Origin: Paramoeba atlantica
Taxonomy: Eukaryota > Protista > Discosea
Length of the DNA: 64,000 nucleotides
Direction: 5' to 3'
NCBI GenBank assembly: GCA_977017575.1
Contig: CDRNVI010000053.1
Location: 310,001 to 374,000 of the forward strand
Part shown: in pieces, positions 20,089 to 28,897 of the stretch
Numbering within the stretch: position 1 is the first letter of the stretch
Layout of the letters: every line of letters begins with the position of its first letter
Notes under the pieces: model-generated
Told to the model about the DNA's origin: nothing
Database searches by the model: none
Seen by the model: the letters and a program-made list of their open reading frames with translations, nothing else
Position numbers and translations under genes: made by a program

Positions 20089-21639
20089 ATGTTCAAGAGG
20101 AATTTCGTTCCCCAATTTTTCGACCGATTTCTAAATATTCCCCGGCGAGCATATTGTTCAAAGACATCGTGCAGTACCCAGCCTCTAGCTAATGCAGAAG
20201 CAAGTACTGTCTTGTCTAAGGGTGGTGGCAGCTCCAAGGCAATGCATACGTGTATACCAACGTGGCTTACGGAAATGATTGAAGCATCGAAAAAGCTAAA
20301 GCGAGACATGAGAAGTCAAGACTTGCACTTTTACGATACATCTGAATGGCAAAGAAGGGCTCACTCGTTTGACAATGAAGTGTGGGATCCCAATAACATG
20401 ACAATGGTTGCCAAACAGCGACTATGTTTGGGACAGCCCCATAAAGAATACACGCTGATTGGAGAGATTTTTAGTTTTCCCGATCAGGAGGATAATCCTG
20501 TAGTCAACAATCCTGGTAGACCTGCAAAGCTTTGGTGGGACCACTCCAGTCCGACCCAAAAAGTTCTAGTTCAATTATCGGATCATTTTCCACCTTTGTT
20601 GTGGCCCGGAGTGATTCCCCAGTGCGAGTCACTTCTAAATTTATTCACAGAGTTTCTTGACATTGACGCTAAGCACATGAAGCTTAACATCGATGAATAT
20701 GAATCCAAACAAAAGTCCTATGAAGAGCAGCTTGGTACCTCGATTAGTTTTGAGACTAGCAACAAGCATCAGCTACGAGATCTTTTTATGAGAGACCTAC
20801 GAAACAAGGACCCCGCTGACTTTCGTCTGGATTGGGAGAAGGACTTCAGCATGTATTTAGGCACAGCAGATAATTTTCGAGTTATAGAAGAAAGGTGGAA
20901 AAGAAATCCCTTCTGTTTTGGATGGCCGCTCATGCTCTCCGATGGAAATCATTATATGGAAAATCAGCCCCTGCATTGTTGTGCGTTTCGCACGATAATG
21001 AGCAAATCTATTCTATCCTTCCAATCGCGAGTAGATTTACAACTGGAATCTCTTGCCACTTTGCGATCGACGCAAAACAACGATGAAGAAAATCCGTCAG
21101 ATATTCTTCTAGAGGTCCCAGTTTTAACTCACATCAACTACCAACAAAATAGGAGGCTGTGTGGGGGTCCGAAGTTTGTTCAACGATACAACAAGATTAT
21201 GGGAACTGATTTTCCAGAGGACACTCCCGTTGATGTGCTAGCTGCTCTTTGTCGGGAGGTTATCTGTAAATCTCCACGAGACGTATACAAAGAAGTAGAG
21301 TTTCTTGCGAAGTTGCTGGAGAAGGGAGTGCAGCCAGATCGAACTCCGCGACTCCCTACCGTCCTTCACAGTACCACGAAACTTGTTGGTCAAATAAGCT
21401 ACAACGTGGTTTATCTCGCATGTATGGAGTACGATAGATGGGTAGAGGACATTTACAAGAAGTTTTCTTCGCATCCTGAGCCAGTGCTACGAATAGCCCT
21501 TGCAAAAGGTGCATCCATAGTTATGAGACCCGACCTTGTAGAAGAAATGATACAGCTCGAGAAAGATGACGAAGTACAAGCATCTATGAAAAAGTTGATA
21601 GACATGGGTAAAAGTAATGCGGAAGCCAACAGGAAATGA
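20089..21639 (+). CDS. Hypothetical protein, probably mitochondrial (516 aa)
   Basis: Long ORF; basic, acid-poor N-terminus MFKRNF..PRRAYCS resembles a presequence; helical C-terminus; no family named. Confidence 0.7.
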   Translation: MFKRNFVPQFFDRFLNIPRRAYCSKTSCSTQPLANAEASTVLSKGGGSSKAMHTCIPTWLTEMIEASKKLKRDMRSQDLHFYDTSEWQRRAHSFDNEVWDPNNMTMVAKQRLCLGQPHKEYTLIGEIFSFPDQEDNPVVNNPGRPAKLWWDHSSPTQKVLVQLSDHFPPLLWPGVIPQCESLLNLFTEFLDIDAKHMKLNIDEYESKQKSYEEQLGTSISFETSNKHQLRDLFMRDLRNKDPADFRLDWEKDFSMYLGTADNFRVIEERWKRNPFCFGWPLMLSDGNHYMENQPLHCCAFRTIMSKSILSFQSRVDLQLESLATLRSTQNNDEENPSDILLEVPVLTHINYQQNRRLCGGPKFVQRYNKIMGTDFPEDTPVDVLAALCREVICKSPRDVYKEVEFLAKLLEKGVQPDRTPRLPTVLHSTTKLVGQISYNVVYLACMEYDRWVEDIYKKFSSHPEPVLRIALAKGASIVMRPDLVEEMIQLEKDDEVQASMKKLIDMGKSNAEANRK

Positions 21640-22029
21640 CACTATTTTTAGAAAATTACTTTTGCAACTAACTAAAGTAATCGTTCTCTAGTTTTATATG
21701 GGCAGTAATCTCACATTCCCTGGTTTGCAGTGGTGTTTTTTTTCACTGAACCTTTCACATTTCTTTAAGTAATTATAAGTTATGTATTTTGAGAGAGCGT
21801 GATCGATTGTTAGAATATCCGATGATTACATCCTTTCACTGTAGATCAACCATGCTTTACACAAGTACCCATAAAGTATCTGTGAGTGCATTGCAGTATG
21901 TAAATAAGCGAGATCTGAGGTAGCTCCTTTATCTATTGTACTACAATTACTTCCATCAGATCACAATATCGACCGCTCGATCACCTGTGTTACATAATCG
22001 TCGTATCGTAGGTAGTTGTAGTCATTCTT

Positions 22030-22974
22030 ATGGGAGCGGCACATTCGCATGAAATATCGCCCCTTTCCTTGGCTGCGATCCGTGCCACGACTCTTGCTCT
22101 GCCCTGTAGTCACGATGAAGCTAAACGACCGTGGCAGCCGGAGGACTCACAATCTTCGTTTTGCCGTCTTCGCCAGGCGTATCTGGGGCTTGACTTTCGT
22201 TCTCTTTACAGCCACACACGGTCCTGGGTAGTAAAGTCGTGCGCCAGGGGACACCAACAAGACGCGTCGAGAGCTGATACAGTTTGTTCCCTGCTAGCGA
22301 ATTGCATACCCACACATTCCCGGACATGTAGAAAAATTCTACAATCTCAAGAATATTTGGGTTTGTCGGCGTTCGTAAAACTCCCTTGTCAACTCACCAT
22401 CGAAAGGGAGGCAAGACGATTATCAATTGATTCCTTAGTTGCAACTCATCGCATGAACCGTGAAATAAATAAAAAGCAAAAGAGAACGGACCTTGCCTCC
22501 TGTCGTAGCACAGGGTCCAGCCCCACTGAGCCTGTTTCCTCTATGACATCATTGCTTCCACCGACTCAACATTCATATTTTGATATTCATGACACACGTA
22601 ACCCGCCCACCTTGTTGGGAGCACAGGAATTGTTTCATCATGGACATCCACTTATTAAAGGGGTTCGCGCCACGTCTTCGTGTCGGGAACGTGGTTCCTG
22701 TGGTTCGACTAATAAGGCGCTCGGAGGTATCAAGAAAGCCAATAAGCTCGACTCCTACTTTACACAAGGATTTGGTACAAGGGAAAGCCATCAAATTCAA
22801 ACCAGCTTGACTGCATCAGAACAATTAAAGACGAATCTGGTCGTCCAGAAATTAACAGCGAGCAGATTGGCTATGGTTGGTTCATCCAGTAAAACATTGA
22901 GAATTCAAACCTGGATCACAGAAGTCAGTAAAAGTTGCCCTACCACCGCGGTAACAGATGTTCCGCCTTTATAA
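22030..22974 (+). CDS. Hypothetical protein with possible N-myristoylation site
   Basis: 314-aa ORF starting MGAAHS (MGxxxS); Ser/Thr-rich. Confidence 0.55.
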   Translation: MGAAHSHEISPLSLAAIRATTLALPCSHDEAKRPWQPEDSQSSFCRLRQAYLGLDFRSLYSHTRSWVVKSCARGHQQDASRADTVCSLLANCIPTHSRTCRKILQSQEYLGLSAFVKLPCQLTIEREARRLSIDSLVATHRMNREINKKQKRTDLASCRSTGSSPTEPVSSMTSLLPPTQHSYFDIHDTRNPPTLLGAQELFHHGHPLIKGVRATSSCRERGSCGSTNKALGGIKKANKLDSYFTQGFGTRESHQIQTSLTASEQLKTNLVVQKLTASRLAMVGSSSKTLRIQTWITEVSKSCPTTAVTDVPPL

Positions 22975-23645
22975 AAGAGTTGTTTTAAACTTTAGTTATA
23001 ATCCTTTTTTAGCATCTCTAAAAACTTGTATTGTTGAATGCAGATCGATTTAGGTGTGTATAGGGGGGGTAAATGCCGATGAACATGGATTTATTTATAC
23101 CAGCCTCCTATTTTGTCTTTTATATGAAACAAACATCGTTGTTTCCCCTTTCCTAATGATATTTCTTGACCTTCATTATTTCTCTTTGTACTTTATCTTC
23201 GTACGCTTTTTTATCACATTCACTAATTTATTACGCATCGAGTTCCTAAAATACTAGGAACTGAAAATAGTTTTTAGTATACGTATTGAAATTTTTATAG
23301 TACGTATTGAATATGCATGACGTAGGGACTAGCGAGTAAGTAACTTCATTTATCAGCATCGAGTTCACTCCTCTCGCTTATTCCTCCCTATACAAAGGAT
23401 TGTTCTCACGATAATTTCATTTAGTCTTATACGGTAATGGATGTTGACGCCAAAAAATCTTTTCGTGCTGTGTTACAAAACGCTTTACAACTGTTGTCGC
23501 AAATTTTTCTTTAGTAACCACCTGCATTTAGAATTATCTCCCTTCCTTTATTCTCTTATTAATAATTATATAATAATGATTATTCTATTATATAATAATC
23601 TATTCATTATAAATATGACTTTAGAATAATGACTTAAAGAACGCC

Positions 23646-24542
23646 ATGATGTATCGCGATTCTTCTCGGGCTAAAGTAAGCGTGTTTTCTTTGGAGTCGT
23701 ACAGTTTTCTTGAGAAAACGGTGCACCGACCAGAGCGTGACCTTTCGACCGAGGCCCACCTTACTCGACTGCAAAAACGCTACGATCGCAAGGGTTGCGT
23801 TCGCACAGTAGAGTCCGTGCTTCTGGTACACTGCCATTCGCACCCTCATGTACTTCTCCTGCAGGAGGACAACGGCAAGGGGGCTTTTCGTCTACCTGGG
23901 GGAAAATGTCGTGAGTTGGAAACTGATTTAGATTGCCTGCGCCGTAAGTTAAAGTCTTTGTTGGGTAGGGATGATAGAACCCCTCCTGCAGGATTTCCGC
24001 ATCACAGTATTTTTGGTCAGATGAGTGTGTTTTCCGTCCGGTCCGCTCCATCGGTGATCAGCAACCCGGCTTCACGAGACCCTTCTGTCGCAGGTAAAGT
24101 TGGTATCCCTGAAGCAGTAGAAGAGAAGGACACCCCTCTCTCTAAGGACGCGACCCTTGATAGCACCTACGAAAATGCTCAAAATACGCAAACGGATTCC
24201 AAAGAGGAAACGACTAGTGCTTCGATTGCTCAGTCACCTGAAAACCAACATCCTCCGCCTCGAACGTTTCATGTGGCCGAGCTGCTCGCCGAGTGGACAC
24301 GACCGAACTTTGAGTCGCTGGTCTATCCTTACTGTCCTCCCCACGTTACCAGCCCCAAAGAGATACGGAGAATTTATCTCGTTCACATGCCTCAAAACCA
24401 CACGTTTCTCGTACCTAAAAATATGAAATTGTTTGCTGTGCCATTGTTCGAGTTGTATGACAATACCACCCGATTTGGGAGTGTAGTTTTTAGTAACCTT
24501 CCCCAATCTCTGTCTCGATTTGATTTAGCTGCAATGTCGTAG
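23646..24542 (+). CDS. NUDT21: Cleavage factor Im 25 kDa subunit, with a long low-complexity insert
   Basis: VESVLLVH..HPHVLLLQ, FRLPGG, WTRPNFE..YPYCPPHVTSPKE, AVPLFELYDN..RFG. Confidence 0.93.
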   Translation: MMYRDSSRAKVSVFSLESYSFLEKTVHRPERDLSTEAHLTRLQKRYDRKGCVRTVESVLLVHCHSHPHVLLLQEDNGKGAFRLPGGKCRELETDLDCLRRKLKSLLGRDDRTPPAGFPHHSIFGQMSVFSVRSAPSVISNPASRDPSVAGKVGIPEAVEEKDTPLSKDATLDSTYENAQNTQTDSKEETTSASIAQSPENQHPPPRTFHVAELLAEWTRPNFESLVYPYCPPHVTSPKEIRRIYLVHMPQNHTFLVPKNMKLFAVPLFELYDNTTRFGSVVFSNLPQSLSRFDLAAMS

Positions 24543-24781
24543 CATTCTCCTACACTGTACTTGACTTGCGATTATCGCGGAAATTTTTGGAAAATCGTAC
24601 ACATTACACCGCAATCGTATATTACACCGCAAGGTTAGGCCAGATAGATTTTTCATTATTATGAGAGGTCCCAACCCAAAAGTTCTTGTATTAAAAAATT
24701 AGATTTAATTTGAAAGGTCTAATTTTGCAGTACACATGAAATTTGCAAACTGGATGGCAGTCCAATTCCCAATCGTTTCTC

Positions 24782-26506
24782 ATGCGTCGCATTCACTGTC
24801 TAGACGCTAACCATATATTATCGCGGTGTTTTCATACTAGTTCTTGGCTATATCTCAACAGAGTTTATAAAACATTGTCTACCATGACTGAATCAGCACT
24901 TTCTGAGGGAGTCGATCAACTTTTGAAAGTGAAGAAATCTGATACGGATATGTCTACCAATGAAAGCGGTTACTATCAACAAAGGCTGCGCACCGTAGAA
25001 GGTCTTGGCGTAGAAGGCAAGGCCTATCCCCATAAATTCCAAATTTCAATGACGCTAGACAAGTATCGAGAAACCTTTGACGACAAACTAGAAAACGGTG
25101 AACGATTAGAAGAGAAAAGGGTTTCTATCGCGGGGCGAATTATGAATATCCGAAGTAGCAGCTCCAAGCTAAGTTTCCTTGACTTACAAGGAGAAGGGGT
25201 GAAGATTCAAATCTTTGCGCAGGTGAATTCTTATGAAGGAGGAAAAGAGGCGTACAATGCGATTCTTAAAATCGTACACCGAGGTGATATCGTAGGAGTG
25301 CGCGGAATTCCGTGCAAGAGCCGAACGGGGGAGCTCTCCATTGTCCCAACCGAGATGACTTTGCTCTCTACATGTTTTCACATGCTTCCCAAGGATTACT
25401 ATGGCTTCGAGAACCAGGAACAGCGATACCGCCAACGATACCTGGATCTTGTCGTGAACGGAAACACACGTCGTATCTTCCAAACCCGAGCAAAAATTAT
25501 TACCTTTCTCCGTCGTTTCTTCGACGAGAGAGATTTTCTAGAGGTGGAAACACCGATGATGAATCAGATCGCTGGTGGCGCCGCGGCCCGTCCCTTTAAA
25601 ACCCACCACAATGATCTCAACCTCGACATGTACCTCCGCATCGCCCCCGAGCTCTACCTCAAAATGCTCATCGTCGGCGGCCTCGACCGTGTCTACGAAA
25701 TCGGTCGCCAGTTCCGCAACGAAGGCATCGATCTCACCCACAACCCCGAATTCACCAGCATGGAGTTCTACTGGGCCTACGCCGACTACCACGACCTGAT
25801 GCGTCTCACCGAGGACCTCCTCAGCTCCCTCACCCTCTCCCTCCTCGGCTCCACCACCGTCCCCTACGACGCCACCGGCGAGCCCCTCACCTTCAACTTC
25901 GCCCCCCCGTTCCGTCGGGTCCACTTCATCCCGGAACTCGAGCGCTGCACCGGTCGCCCCTTCCCCCCCGATTTCAACGCCCCCTCCTTCCAACCCTTCC
26001 TGTTGGATCTGATCCAAAACGTGGCGAAGATCGAAGTCCCGCTGCCCCATACCGTCCCCCGGCTCCTGGATGCCTTAGCCGGGCACTACATTGAACCCAC
26101 CTGTGTTCACCCCACCTTTGTCTTAGACCATCCACGGATTATGTCCCCGTTAGCCAAATGGCACCGGAGTGATCCACGACTCTCGGAGCGGTTCGAGCTG
26201 TTTGTGAACCGCAAGGAGCTGTGCAACGCGTACACGGAGCTCAACAGCCCGCTCGCGCAGAAGGCGTGCTTCGTGCAGCAAATGGAGGACCGTGCCAAGG
26301 GGGATGAAGAGGGGATGGAGATGGATGCGGGGTACGTGAGCGCGCTGGAGTACGGGCTCCCGCCGACCGGGGGGTGGGGGTTGGGGATCGACCGGTTGAC
26401 CATGTTTTTAAGCAACCAGAGTAATATTAAGGAGGTGTTGCTGTTCCCGGCGATGAGGCCGGAAGGGGGTGGGGAGGAGGGGAAGGGGAGGGAGGGGAAG
26501 AAATGA
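24782..26506 (+). CDS. KARS: Lysyl-tRNA synthetase (class II); alternative start at Met 24884
   Basis: [70 protein letters not shown]. Confidence 0.97.
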   Translation: MRRIHCLDANHILSRCFHTSSWLYLNRVYKTLSTMTESALSEGVDQLLKVKKSDTDMSTNESGYYQQRLRTVEGLGVEGKAYPHKFQISMTLDKYRETFDDKLENGERLEEKRVSIAGRIMNIRSSSSKLSFLDLQGEGVKIQIFAQVNSYEGGKEAYNAILKIVHRGDIVGVRGIPCKSRTGELSIVPTEMTLLSTCFHMLPKDYYGFENQEQRYRQRYLDLVVNGNTRRIFQTRAKIITFLRRFFDERDFLEVETPMMNQIAGGAAARPFKTHHNDLNLDMYLRIAPELYLKMLIVGGLDRVYEIGRQFRNEGIDLTHNPEFTSMEFYWAYADYHDLMRLTEDLLSSLTLSLLGSTTVPYDATGEPLTFNFAPPFRRVHFIPELERCTGRPFPPDFNAPSFQPFLLDLIQNVAKIEVPLPHTVPRLLDALAGHYIEPTCVHPTFVLDHPRIMSPLAKWHRSDPRLSERFELFVNRKELCNAYTELNSPLAQKACFVQQMEDRAKGDEEGMEMDAGYVSALEYGLPPTGGWGLGIDRLTMFLSNQSNIKEVLLFPAMRPEGGGEEGKGREGKK

Positions 26507-26560
26507 AGGGGGGATTGTGGTGAAAGTTGAGGGGATGTGATGGTTTACGTAGTGGGTTGT
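25560..26560. other. GC-skew inversion island 3, 3' half of LysRS and beyond its stop
   Basis: Near-exclusive C-ending codons 25580-26100, G-ending codons 26200-26500; G/T-rich DNA continues after the stop. Confidence 0.9.
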
Positions 26561-26910
26561 ACAGGGGATTGAAGACGAGTTGAAATACGGATTTGATCTA
26601 CTTGTGTAGGTTTACAGAGTAGCAAAAAATTAATTTATGTTGGGCTTTAGGTTTTTTTCTGAATTTACGTTTCCTTCTAATTTGTGTTAGATATACAACG
26701 TAAGGTTATTTTTAGTAAGACGCAGAAGCTTTACGACTATGATTATCTGGACCTCTTTTTGCACGGAAAACATGGAACTGTTAAGCGGAATGAATATTCT
26801 AATCATTCTTTAAATAGTGTATTTTAATGTAGGTATCGCTGCCGAGGAATGTTGAATTGTTCGGGAAAAAAAAGAATTGCTTAAATTAGAATGAGTGCTT
26901 TTAAATTAGT

Positions 26911-27260
26911 GTCCGGGTTAATATTCCTATACGCTCGTATTATTCCTACCAGGAATATTAAGTGTTCCAATGGTGCTTAATATTCCTACCCCCCCTCTTC
27001 CGAACACCTACCCTGTCTTTGCTTGAGATCCACAATTTTCATCCTTCAATATATCCCCTTTTTTATGATTTTTTCATCAAATAGCAAGCCCAACGCGCGC
27101 ACAGGCCCTAAAGAGGCAAAAACGAGCACAAGATCAAAGAGCGCGCCGCGAAGCGGCGCGAAATGTTTTTTGGTCCTTTTCTGCTAAGTTTTTAATAGTC
27201 CTATACCTCGTAATATTCCTATACCCTCTTAATATTCCTACCAGGAATATTAACCCGGAC
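26911..27260. mobile_element. MITE-like element, family B (350 bp, 18-bp TIR, 3-bp target duplication AGT)
   Basis: GTCCGGGTTAATATTCCT (26911-26928) / AGGAATATTAACCCGGAC (27243-27260) perfect inverted repeat; AGT at 26908-26910 and 27261-27263; about 8 AATATTCCTA-like subterminal boxes. Confidence 0.85.
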
Positions 27261-27271
27261 AGTGGTTTAAT

Positions 27272-28012
27272 ATGAGTATTTTTTTAGAAGCAGGTTACTC
27301 CACTGTTCAATTAAAAACAAACATGTGTTCAAGCGATTCGCTGGACGCACGCGGCAATATTATCTTTACTATCAGACATGTTAGACTAACTACTTACTAT
27401 GAGAAAAACTTAACATTTATTTCGGAAACTTTTATGGATGTCGTAACTCCTGATTTCTCACACATCTGGCTTCGAAAAACGGGAAGGATATGTATTCTTG
27501 CTGTGGCTGCATTGTCTGGTGTACTTTTATGGCTGCGTAAAAGTGGACTCTTCTCTACGCTTCGTCGCGTATTTTGTCGTCACCCACGGGAGCCTAATGA
27601 AACTACAGGATCTGATATCCGGAGTACTTTCGCAGACGTTTCGTTGAGTGAAACCAAGGAGGCTCACTACCCTCCTCTCGCAGCTCCGATCCGAGGGTTT
27701 ACACCTGAAGAGCTACGTCGTTACGACGGTAGCGATCCATGCTTTTCCTCATCAATTTATATCTCTGTAATGAGACGAGTATTTGCCGTAGGTCCCGACC
27801 TATATGGCCCCAACGCGCCTTACCATTGCTTTGCGGGAAGAGAGTGTAGCCGACATTTAGGATTGAGTACCATCGGGGATACCGAGTGTGACAAAGATTA
27901 TTCTACACTCAACTTTTCACAAAAAGAAACGCTTTTAAAGTGGTATCAAAAATTTCGTACTAAATATGAAACGGTCGGTTGGTATGTGCCCCTTGCGGAA
28001 TATTTTCAATAA
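27272..28012 (+). CDS. Membrane-anchored cytochrome b5-like heme/steroid-binding protein (MAPR/PGRMC family); real start may be Met 27434
   Basis: TM segment, then FTPEELRRYDG, IYISVMRRVFAV, YGPNAPYHCFAGRECSR, W..KF..KY..VG. Confidence 0.85.
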   Translation: MSIFLEAGYSTVQLKTNMCSSDSLDARGNIIFTIRHVRLTTYYEKNLTFISETFMDVVTPDFSHIWLRKTGRICILAVAALSGVLLWLRKSGLFSTLRRVFCRHPREPNETTGSDIRSTFADVSLSETKEAHYPPLAAPIRGFTPEELRRYDGSDPCFSSSIYISVMRRVFAVGPDLYGPNAPYHCFAGRECSRHLGLSTIGDTECDKDYSTLNFSQKETLLKWYQKFRTKYETVGWYVPLAEYFQ

Positions 28013-28172
28013 TACTACAAATGCCACTCTATCTCGATGAAAAGTGCTTATTTACATTTATTCGTATTCGGTATCTCAGAAGCTTGTTGCTGTTTGTCGA
28101 ACTTTTTGAAGTAATAGTATCGAAAGTTTGCACTGCACATCTCTTTTCTCGGAATATAATATTTTTTCGTAG

Positions 28173-28475
28173 ATGAATGCACCCGCTCGAGTCGCTCCAA
28201 AATCGTTGCATCAGCTGAGATTGTTCTGTCAGCTTGCCGTGTTTTGGACTGGATGGGAAATCGGCGCTAGGCAAAAAATTGCTATTCGTGACCGTTGGCA
28301 CGAGGCACGAAAAAAGAAATGGCTCGAGCGAGCCAAAGCGCAGCAAATGAAAAGCGATGAAATGGAAAGACTGGCTCCGAAGACCGAACACCCTAGCTTT
28401 TTGAAGGATCCTCCTGCCGCGATTAAGTCTCAGCTGCAAAGCTTAGCAAAAGGCAATCTGGATGTTTTCCTTTAA
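28173..28475 (+). CDS. Mitochondrial ATP synthase subunit e (kinetoplastid type)
   Basis: VAPKSLHQLR resembles the recalled T. brucei subunit e N-terminus (AAPKTLHQVR); single TM with GxxxG then a charged helix. Confidence 0.65.
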   Translation: MNAPARVAPKSLHQLRLFCQLAVFWTGWEIGARQKIAIRDRWHEARKKKWLERAKAQQMKSDEMERLAPKTEHPSFLKDPPAAIKSQLQSLAKGNLDVFL

Positions 28476-28897
28476 AATCCCTAGAATATCATTCTATCTT
28501 GTCGAAAATTTATCCAATGTTGAGCGCTATATGCCATGAAATCACGCTACATTAGAAAAGTGCAGAATTCGAAACCAAAGACTGAAGCTCGTTACGTCAT
28601 TTAGTAGCATGCGTGAGTACTTTCTTGTGTGAATATTTTGTACAACGTTATTAACGCAATGAACAGTGAACACGACTAGTTGAATAGCTGTTTCTGATAA
28701 GTATCACGATACAAAAAAATGCTAATCACAGCCCAGAGTTTCTATTTGAGACTCTGAATTACTTACTACTATGTGTACTCATTAAAATCGCAAAATTACG
28801 GCCCTCAAACTTATTATGGTCCTAAATTGCGGTCCTCAACTTACCATACACGTGTAGTATTTCTGTTTTTAAATTTGATATATCAATACGCCATAGC

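Noticed and set aside
23271-23311. Short tandem duplications in spacers (also 24600-24635, 31405-31430, 31508-31530)
   Set aside because: Two-copy slippage products without further copies or termini
23054-23629. Hydrophobic short ORFs in AT-rich spacers (also 31407, 46006, 62494)
   Set aside because: F/L/I/Y-rich translations expected from T-rich DNA; no motifs
23960-24265. Long insert in CFIm25
   Set aside because: Low-complexity loop at a site I recall also being expanded in trypanosomatid orthologues; no cis-intron signals and the frame is open
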